Shown: positions 56,678 through 64,000 of the stretch, piece after piece
Layout: each line of letters begins with the position of its first letter
How positions within the stretch are numbered: the first letter of the stretch is position 1
Virus record (IMG/VR): IMGVR_UViG_3300027819_000006
Strand: one strand, 5' to 3'
DNA: 64,000 nt
From: a virus
Taxonomy: Duplodnaviria > Caudoviricetes
The notes under the pieces: model-generated
The model's input: only the letters and a program-made list of their open reading frames with translations
Databases searched by the model: none
What the model was told of the DNA's origin: nothing
Position numbers and translations under genes: made by a program

Positions 56678-57025
56678 CTATTTCTCAGTTTTAAAAGTTA
56701 GTATATAGTCAAAATCATTTCTGTCAATGTGTTTTATTGTAAATTCTCTTAAAGCTTTTGCTCCTAATTCTATTTCATTTACAACATATCCTGTAGGATC
56801 TAGTGATTGCATTTTTATATTTCTTGAATCATGCATTAATATGTATTCTGTGAGAATGCATTGAGCAGCATAATCTATTAAATCGTATAGAGTTATGCTA
56901 TTAAAAATATTTGGCAAACTTCTTGTAAATCCTACAGGTTTATCATCTATGAATAGAAGATATCTGTTTTTCTTTGCAGACTCATATTGAGCTACATTTT
57001 CACTTGTCATTTTTAATCTGCTCAT
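56678..57025 (-). CDS. Possible divergent tail-tube (gp19-like) protein
   Basis: KKNRYLLFID, ITLYD, LDPTG.VV pattern seen in large-phage tube proteins. Confidence 0.4.
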   Translation of the reverse strand: MSRLKMTSENVAQYESAKKNRYLLFIDDKPVGFTRSLPNIFNSITLYDLIDYAAQCILTEYILMHDSRNIKMQSLDPTGYVVNEIELGAKALREFTIKHIDRNDFDYILTFKTEK

Positions 57026-57419
57026 TCAATTCTATAAAGAAAAATTTAGCTGCGCTGATCAAGTTCATAAAAGATTTAGCTTTGAATGTTAGAACTGACT
57101 GCTCATCAGCAAATAAACTTTTTCTTTCTACTAACTGTCCATCTTTTTTAATATGTTCTGGAATGCTCACAACTTTTAAATACCATACATCTTCGAACAT
57201 TTCTGAAGCTCTGCCCCAGGGTTCAAATTCTTGTTTAAAGCTTATTTCGAACTCATCTAATGTTTGATATTCATGCCTAAGAACTCTATATTCCATCATC
57301 AATCTTTTTAATTCTGTCACAGGCAAATATTCTTGTTTATCAGACATGTAGCGATCAAAATCATTATTTCTTTTACTCTGCAAAGAATTAACTTTTGAAT
57401 CTATGTCTGAAACTTTCAT
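57000..57419 (-). CDS. Hypothetical protein
   Basis: Packed ORF. Confidence 0.55.
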   Translation of the reverse strand: MKVSDIDSKVNSLQSKRNNDFDRYMSDKQEYLPVTELKRLMMEYRVLRHEYQTLDEFEISFKQEFEPWGRASEMFEDVWYLKVVSIPEHIKKDGQLVERKSLFADEQSVLTFKAKSFMNLISAAKFFFIELNEQIKNDK

Positions 57420-57640
57420 ACACCATAAATCCTCTCTTGAGTACCGCTTTCATGAGTAACCCATAGCTCAAATTCAATTTTCTGGTTGAATCTGGGTTTT
57501 GAATTATTCTTCATCTCTTGACATATTCTTCTCATTTTTTCTTCTGAAGTCTTGTGTTTTGGTGCAGACATAACTACAGAAGTAGAAATACCTTCTAGTC
57601 CATCATATAAAATTTCATTTATGAAAAATCTTGCATTCAT
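57416..57640 (-). CDS. Hypothetical protein
   Basis: Packed ORF. Confidence 0.5.
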   Translation of the reverse strand: MNARFFINEILYDGLEGISTSVVMSAPKHKTSEEKMRRICQEMKNNSKPRFNQKIEFELWVTHESGTQERIYGV

Positions 57641-57812
57641 CTATTACTCCTTATTAATTCTACATTGATACAAAAAATAATGCAAATAATAGCCAAGCTA
57701 CACAAGCCAATATCTTTGATAAAAATGATACTAGATGCAATATATTCATGCAAACTATCGGCCACCCTAATAGCCAGACTAATATCGTTAGTGCTTTGAA
57801 ATTTTTATCCAT

Positions 57813-58052
57813 TTAATATTTCCCTTTATTGCTAAACCAGTTTCCGACCCAGTTAAACATTACTTTTCCAGTATATAGTCGTGTGCATTCTGTATTTCCG
57901 CAATTATTACAATATGGAATAACTTTAGAAGCATCTTTTATTCCTTTACCTTTATCAGAACTCCACTCATCATATTCTTTGAAAGACATTTCAACTTCCC
58001 ATATTCTTTTGCATTTATTGCACTGAAAATCATAAATTGGCACAAAAATCAA
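57813..58052 (-). CDS. FmdB-type zinc ribbon protein
   Basis: PIYDFQCNKC...CNNCG. Confidence 0.85.
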   Translation of the reverse strand: MIFVPIYDFQCNKCKRIWEVEMSFKEYDEWSSDKGKGIKDASKVIPYCNNCGNTECTRLYTGKVMFNWVGNWFSNKGKY

Positions 58053-59452
58053 TCACCTCTATCTGCTTTGAAATCATCATAGAGCTTACCCAATTTTGCT
58101 CTAACAGTTTGTTGGGGATCTAAATATTCTGAACTACTCTGATCTTGTCCTTGTTCATTGATTTCATTAGTTATATCTATAAAGCTTGTAGCTGTATCTA
58201 TAAAAACATTATATATCTGACCATCTTTACCGATTCTATTTTTAGCAATATATAGTTTGCCATGATTTGTCAATTTATCTTTCAGACTTCTTGAAAAACT
58301 CATTACGAAATCTGCAACTTGAGCTTTAGCATAAGATTCACCAATTCTGTCTAAAGTTATTATTTCCTCATTATTTCCCATCCTATTACTCTGAGAAGCA
58401 CTCAAGATTGGGAGTTGCAATTCACCAGACATCCTTCTCAAATCTTCATATATTGCCTCTACTTCAAATCTTTTCTGTTCATATCCCCTTTTTGAAAGCA
58501 TTAAATCTGCATAATCTACAATCACTAATCCTGGTTTAAAACCCGATGAAAGCAATCTTCCTAAGTGAAATCTAAGAGTATTTACAGTAGCAGATTTAGT
58601 AGGATATTCTTTAATAATTAATTTGCCACCTTTAAACTGACTTAATTTTTCTTCCGCTTCTTCAGCTCTTTCTCTGATTTTCTTTATCGGAATTCCTGTA
58701 ATTCTTGCATCATATCTATTTCCAATATTTCTTTCAGATAATTCAAAACTATAATGAACTACATCTATACCAGCTTTCAGAGCACCATATCCAAGATTAA
58801 TTAACCAGAAACTTTTGCCCCCACCAGTTGGAGCTAATATTATAGCAAGTTCTCCTCCAGCAAATCCACCATCTAGACAATCTATATCATCTAGTTGTTT
58901 GAATCCTGTAGGTACTGCTTTTCTAATATTTATTTGAGTTCTAATATTCAACCCTTCAAAATAATCATGCCCTAAATCTATACTTGTTCCAATTTTTAGA
59001 GCATCTTCTACTGTCTTGAATATTTTTTCAAATCTTGAATCATCACCAGTTTTCAATAAATCAACAGATCTTAATATAGCATGTTCCATTGATTTATTTT
59101 TGCAGAATTCAAAAACTTTATCTTTAGTCTGTTCTAATTCTTTTACATTCACTTTATGCTCTATATCAAATAGAGCTTTTAAAATCAATTCTTTTAGATC
59201 ATCATCTGGATAATATGCTATTTCTACTTTTACTGCATCAAATGTTGGTAAACATTGATATTTTTCGTAGTACTTTTTAATCTCATTCCATATTACTTTA
59301 TGAGGTTCAGATCCAAAATATTCAGATTTTAGAACTTCATATACATTATCAAAAAATTTAGCATCTGTTAGTGCACTTTGTAAAGTTTTTGTTTGAAAAT
59401 CAATTCCAAACATTGAAAATGTATCATAGTGGTTAGACATCAAGTTCTCCAA
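58049..59452 (-). CDS. dnaB: DnaB-like replicative helicase
   Basis: APTGGGKS, SFELSE, IVDYADL, SASQSNR, AKNRIG. Confidence 0.93.
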   Translation of the reverse strand: MENLMSNHYDTFSMFGIDFQTKTLQSALTDAKFFDNVYEVLKSEYFGSEPHKVIWNEIKKYYEKYQCLPTFDAVKVEIAYYPDDDLKELILKALFDIEHKVNVKELEQTKDKVFEFCKNKSMEHAILRSVDLLKTGDDSRFEKIFKTVEDALKIGTSIDLGHDYFEGLNIRTQINIRKAVPTGFKQLDDIDCLDGGFAGGELAIILAPTGGGKSFWLINLGYGALKAGIDVVHYSFELSERNIGNRYDARITGIPIKKIRERAEEAEEKLSQFKGGKLIIKEYPTKSATVNTLRFHLGRLLSSGFKPGLVIVDYADLMLSKRGYEQKRFEVEAIYEDLRRMSGELQLPILSASQSNRMGNNEEIITLDRIGESYAKAQVADFVMSFSRSLKDKLTNHGKLYIAKNRIGKDGQIYNVFIDTATSFIDITNEINEQGQDQSSSEYLDPQQTVRAKLGKLYDDFKADRGD

Positions 59453-60550
59453 AATGTGTTATTGTTCTTCGAATATCCATATTGCCAAGATGTATCAAAA
59501 TCATAAAAAGTATCTATCCATTTATCTACTTTCTGTTGAGATAGATCATCTTCTACTGTTAAATATCTTGTTGTAACTGCATTGAATGTTGGTTCTACTG
59601 AAAATGTTTTTTCTATTGAGTCTATTGCTGCGAGGCTTATATTTGGTTCAAGAAGCTGTATAAGTTCTTGATTTTGTTGAAGTGTTGCTATATTTTCTTC
59701 TGTTATGTACTTTTCATATCTCTTATTTATTTTGCTCTCCTGTTTAGCATATTGTACAATATCGTTGATCTCATATTTTCTTTCAGAAGACAGAAATGGA
59801 AAATCTTTCAACACTGTTTTCTCACCTACTCTTGGTATTCCTTTGATATTATCAGCATCTCCAGTAAAGCATTTTATTATGATATAATTCTGAGGATAAC
59901 ATTTAACATAATTAACTAAATAGTTGTATGTGATTATTTCACCATATGTTTTTAAATTATCCCCTTTCTTATTTAAAACTGGAGTTGCTTCTTTTGTTAA
60001 ATCTTTTCCAATTGCTATATTCCCATCTAATATGTCGTTTGCTAATATGTTTCTTTTTACTGGTCTCAACAATTTAGTATGCTTATCTATTAGCTGATAG
60101 TAATCTCTATCAGTAGATAGAATTATTTTTTCATAATTGCTACTTTTAAATACTTTGTTACAGCTATATGCTATGACATCATCTGCTTCTAGATAGTCTA
60201 TACTGAACTGGTAAAATGGAAATGAATTGACATATTTTTTCAATCTTATCAATTCACTTTTTATTGCTGCTCTTTCAACATCTGGATCAGTAAACATTTT
60301 TCTATTAAATCCTGAACTTTTGCGCCCTGCTTTATATTCTGCTAATAGTTTTCTTCTTCTTTCTGCTGAACCCTTGCCTTCCCAATAGAAACATACTATA
60401 TCAGGTTTTAATCTATTCATAACTCCTAATATGCTATCTATAGAAGTTATATATCCTCCTGTATGTTCACCATTATCATTACATAGAGAAGAAGCGCAAA
60501 AATTTCTAAAAAAAAAGGTTCATGCTATCAATTAACAGCACTGTTTTCAA
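59440..60550 (-). CDS. 5'-3' exonuclease / RNase H (FEN-like), frameshifted in a T9 run near its 5' end
   Basis: TTG start at 60550 gives KTVLLIDSMNL; EADDVI, STDRD, GDADNIKGIPRVG. Removing one T at 60508-60516 restores the frame. Confidence 0.88.
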
Positions 60551-61404
60551 TTATATTATTCTCCATTCTTTATGAATTTCATTATCCCAAATACGTATCA
60601 ATTTATATCCATACTTTTTTGCTAACTGGTTTTTATATTCATCATTTTTCATTATTTCTTGCCACATCTTAGGTCTACATTCTTCATATCTAGCATGCCA
60701 ACAACAACCATCTAATTCAATCAATGTATTATAATCAATTAAAAATCATAACATTTATTTTCTAATCTATATTGCTGTTTGAAATTTATGTTCATACTTT
60801 TTAATATTTCTTTAACTTCTAGTTCTGGCTTAGATATCGATACATTATGGTGAGTAGATAAATAATTCAATCTAGCATCTGACATTTTAAGCTTAGATGC
60901 TTCAGAATGTGCTCTTCCATAAGCAGCTGATAATTCACCAGTTAGGCCATACTGCGAATGATTTTCTCCTCTCAGATGATCATTACAGTACTGATCCCAT
61001 ACTTTAACTCCTTCAACTTCTCCGAATGTTTTAAATATAAAAGATTTTTGACTGTGATGTTTACTTCCTTTCTTCATATTAGCTTTATGCTCTTCAGTTT
61101 TCTCCTTTCCTTTCATTGAAAGACTGATTTTATTTCTAGAAAAATCAGAAGTTATTTCAGCTAATTCAAATTTTGTTAAATATTCAGCTGTTGTCATATT
61201 ATGTTTATCTAACAAGTGTTGAGCATTTACTCTTCTGAATTTTTCATGACATATTAAGCATTCGACAGTTCTTTCTATATCATTTATTTTATTTTCTGCT
61301 TTTATTTCAGCTTGACAATCTTTACATATTCCACATTTATTTGTTACTCCTAATGGTTTAATTTTACATACAGAGCATCTTTCATTATTCTTAAATCCTC
61401 TCAT
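60551..61404 (-). CDS. NUMOD-type + Vsr/DUF559-like endonuclease, frameshifted at about 60741
   Basis: SKPE...YDF, then in the shifted frame LIELDGCCWH...LIRIWD to stop at 60551. Confidence 0.75.
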
Positions 61405-61757
61405 CTTATTTCTCCAACTAACAAACCAATTAGTGACGTCCTAATAGGTAGACCTACAGGCTAATTGGTTTGTAATATATTTATATTTAAGCCTATTAGA
61501 ACGTCATATATAAATATACTATGAGAAATAAAAGAATTACAAATTATGAGAATCTACTAAAAGTATTGTTCTTTTTGAATTGTTGTCCATTAAACTCCTT
61601 GTATTTATAAATATCACTTTCAAAGCTTATAAGACATGAAGAACAAACTAAAATGGTAACCATTTTTAATTAAAATAGTTACTATTTTAAAACAAATTGT
61701 CTATTCATTTATGACTGAGGATACTCATTTAAAAAATCAACATTATCAGATATTTCA

Positions 61758-62315
61758 TCAACTATAAATTTGATCACATGAATGTCCTCTAAATGTTTGA
61801 GCTTCTTTTTCATACCATTCTTCTGGATGAGTCAAAAAAGAATTTGGTATAGAAAATCTTCTATCTACTCCATATTCTTTATCTTCATACAGATAATCAA
61901 ATGCTTCTTTATAAGACAATCCTTCAGACAGCTTCTGATTAAAATCTTCTCTCAATGGAATACTAGAATTTGATTCACCCTTTACAGGTCTTGAAGCTAA
62001 TTTATCAGAATTTCCATCAATTTTTTCACCACATTCATAGCAATAAATACATTTATCTATTGTATTGATGAAAAAACTGACATTCAATTTGCTATATAGA
62101 TGATTAGCTATATCACTTGTTGCAGTGTACAAATATTTTCTACTTGTCCTTTTTATTGCTAGTGCTTGAAAATAGCATGATTCATAATGCCATTTTCTGT
62201 GAAGATCTCTAAGTTGGTAATCTTGTAGTTTCATAGTTTTAACAATTTCATAAAAATACCCATGCTCATCATAAATGGCATGCCAGAAGTGAATACTGAA
62301 AAGAATGTGATACAA
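61758..62315 (-). CDS. Hypothetical protein
   Basis: ORF track. Confidence 0.5.
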   Translation of the reverse strand: MYHILFSIHFWHAIYDEHGYFYEIVKTMKLQDYQLRDLHRKWHYESCYFQALAIKRTSRKYLYTATSDIANHLYSKLNVSFFINTIDKCIYCYECGEKIDGNSDKLASRPVKGESNSSIPLREDFNQKLSEGLSYKEAFDYLYEDKEYGVDRRFSIPNSFLTHPEEWYEKEAQTFRGHSCDQIYS

Positions 62316-62677
62316 ATTATGGCTGAGCTTGTATCGCCAAAACGCATCTTGTTCAGTAATTAAATTAGCTTTCTATCTCTCAAACAATTTAGAAATAAAA
62401 TAATCGCTGGGCCAAATGCTGCATACACAAAAGAATAAATTAATCCCCATTGATGGCTCATGCTATAGAAAAATAACAGAGCATATAGAATAGCATTGAG
62501 AGCACAATAATATCCTGAGTACATTATTCAGCCCTTCATATCAAATGTAGACTCATACATAGTTCTCATCTTAGCATCTATGAAGCTCTGAGATGACCAT
62601 AGAACAAACTTAAGTCTTTGTTTATATAATCTATTTAACTTAGCTTTATAGTTGATCAGATGTACATCTTTGATCAT

Positions 62678-62866
62678 CTAGTTAACTATGGTTAACATAG
62701 CTACAACTTCATTGTTATGCAAGAATACTTTGTAGTCAGAAATTGTTACATTTTCCATGTGCACATTGTTGTGATTCTTTACTCCAAAATCTAAAATTCC
62801 ATTCATTCTCTGTGTTAACTCTTCGTAGTTTTTACATTTCAGTTGCAGATAAAAAGTGCTGTTCAT
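62678..62866 (-). CDS. Hypothetical protein
   Basis: RBS AAGGAG. Confidence 0.5.
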   Translation of the reverse strand: MNSTFYLQLKCKNYEELTQRMNGILDFGVKNHNNVHMENVTISDYKVFLHNNEVVAMLTIVN

Positions 62867-62885
62867 TTATTCTCCTTTCTGAGTG

Positions 62886-63035
62886 TTAATTTAGATCAAC
62901 TCCTACAACATCGACAGGATAACGTGCAATATTCACTACAACCTTCTTCCGAGGATTCAGTTTAGAAGACTTTGTCATCTGAACAATCTTCATGCCGTTG
63001 ACAATTGTTTGTGAGAAATGGATATTTGTAGCATT
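62886..63035 (-). CDS. Small hypothetical protein (start re-called at MNATN)
   Basis: AGGAG before ATG at 63035; the upstream part of the tracked ORF overlaps the promoter. Confidence 0.45.
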   Translation of the reverse strand, partial: NATNIHFSQTIVNGMKIVQMTKSSKLNPRKKVVVNIARYPVDVVGVDLN

Positions 63036-63074
63036 CATTTTTTTAAGTCTCCTATGTGTTAAGTTGTTGCATTC

Positions 63075-63111
63075 AATGGTTAAATATAAACAATCTATGT
63101 TCAAAAGTAAA
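63075..63111 (-). promoter_or_regulatory. Sigma70-like promoter, repeated motif copy 4
   Basis: TTTACT-17 nt-TATATT-TAACCATT. Confidence 0.75.
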
Positions 63112-63117
63112 CAGTTT

Positions 63118-63567
63118 TTAATTCCACAGTGCTCTAAAATATATTGCAAAATTCATTAATCCTTCATTTATTATTTTTTCATTAGCTTCGAACAACTCTT
63201 GTGAAAAATGTCCATCTACATAGTCTATATCAAAATGATCATCTTCTCTTTTAATCAGTTCAAATGCTTCTATCATAGATTGCAATTTATCTTGCCATTC
63301 AGCAGAATATTTTACATCTCTTTCTTTTGATTCTTCTGTAGTCAGCTTTTGAGTGTCGTTATAATCAGAGAAAAAACATCCAGGAATTGTAGCATCTCCA
63401 TATTTCTCTTTAAATAATTTCAGCTTTGGAAGTACAAACTCTACTATAGCATGATCTAAATTCCAAATCTGAATATCTGAATAGCCTCTGAATGTTTTTT
63501 GTAGAAACATTTTGATTCTAAATTTATAGTCTGATATAGTATAAAGTATTCTATGTAAATGTATCAT
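63118..63567 (-). CDS. Conserved-looking phage hypothetical protein
   Basis: WNLDHAI..FVLPKL..F, W...L..MIEAF, G...F..YF..LW. Confidence 0.6.
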   Translation of the reverse strand: MIHLHRILYTISDYKFRIKMFLQKTFRGYSDIQIWNLDHAIVEFVLPKLKLFKEKYGDATIPGCFFSDYNDTQKLTTEESKERDVKYSAEWQDKLQSMIEAFELIKREDDHFDIDYVDGHFSQELFEANEKIINEGLMNFAIYFRALWN

Positions 63568-63818
63568 ATTAGATCCCTCTGATGTAGGTCTTCAATTTCT
63601 TCTCTTGTCAATCGTTTCAACACACATTTCGGAATGCCTTCTTTGCAGTTTCCATTCATATAGAAAGAAGCTTCTTTTAGGTAAGCTTTCTTGTCTATTA
63701 ATGGTAAGTCATCAAAACCTGTATATTCTGCTAACTCATTAATGCTCCACAGTCTATCTTCTCTTTTATCTTCTTCAAACATTATCTGAGCAAATCTTTG
63801 TACAGAAAGTTGAGACAT
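63564..63818 (-). CDS. Hypothetical protein
   Basis: RBS AAGGAG. Confidence 0.5.
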   Translation of the reverse strand: MSQLSVQRFAQIMFEEDKREDRLWSINELAEYTGFDDLPLIDKKAYLKEASFYMNGNCKEGIPKCVLKRLTREEIEDLHQRDLI

Positions 63819-63833
63819 TCTGAAAATCTCCTT

Positions 63834-64000
63834 CTATGAAAGAGGTTCATATACTACTATTCTACATTCACAATCTGAAAGTGTTAACTCGATTTGTTCT
63901 TTAACTGTTTTCCATTCTAAATTGCCTAATCCACAGCCTAATGCTGGAATTGCTATTGATTCAATATTTAACCTGCTCATTTCAGCTTTCATAGCAGTCA
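63834..64000 (-). CDS. C-terminal end of a macrodomain protein (partial)
   Basis: SIAIPALGCGLGNLEWKTV...VVYEP. Confidence 0.8.
   Translation of the reverse strand, partial: TAMKAEMSRLNIESIAIPALGCGLGNLEWKTVKEQIELTLSDCECRIVVYEPLS

Noticed and set aside
246-59919. Numerous short plus-strand ORFs in the track
   Set aside because: They lie antisense to well-supported minus-strand genes, lack RBS or motifs, and look like shadow frames.
1-64000. Stop-codon reassignment (TAG/TGA)
   Set aside because: Long conserved genes are intact under the standard code and end with TAA, TAG and TGA.
1-64000. Standard tRNA genes
   Set aside because: I found no cloverleaf with an anticodon arm by eye; the only tRNA-like ends belong to the tmRNAs. 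A tRNAscan run would be needed to exclude them.

Overview
AT-rich 64 kb segment of a large (jumbo-type) tailed phage genome; essentially all real genes are on the minus strand. It encodes terminase, a MoxR AAA+/vWA pair, a PrkA-YeaH-SpoVR operon, a Thg1-like enzyme, an SbcD-SbcC fusion, primase, a RuvC-like resolvase, class II RNR, a DnaB-like helicase, a 5'-3' exonuclease, and a DnaE polymerase split by a split intein. The ORF track misses several things. (1) A glycosyltransferase gene (15704-19309) is broken into 7 exons, including 15, 16 and 33 nt micro-exons, by six group I introns. Each intron has a traceable P1 guide and P7 core, and the intronic mini-ORFs have ribosome-binding sites inside intron helices. 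(2) Two tmRNA genes lie in tandem (7538-8201), one complete and one lacking its 3' end, with different tags. (3) A candidate cytosine hypermodification locus (39986-45719) combines a dCMP-hydroxymethylase-type enzyme, two glycosyltransferases, a dNMP kinase, a radical SAM protein and a UDG-like protein. Several single-base homopolymer frameshifts suggest assembly indels, so single-nucleotide conclusions need read-level checks. All protein assignments come from motif recognition by eye; no database searches were run.
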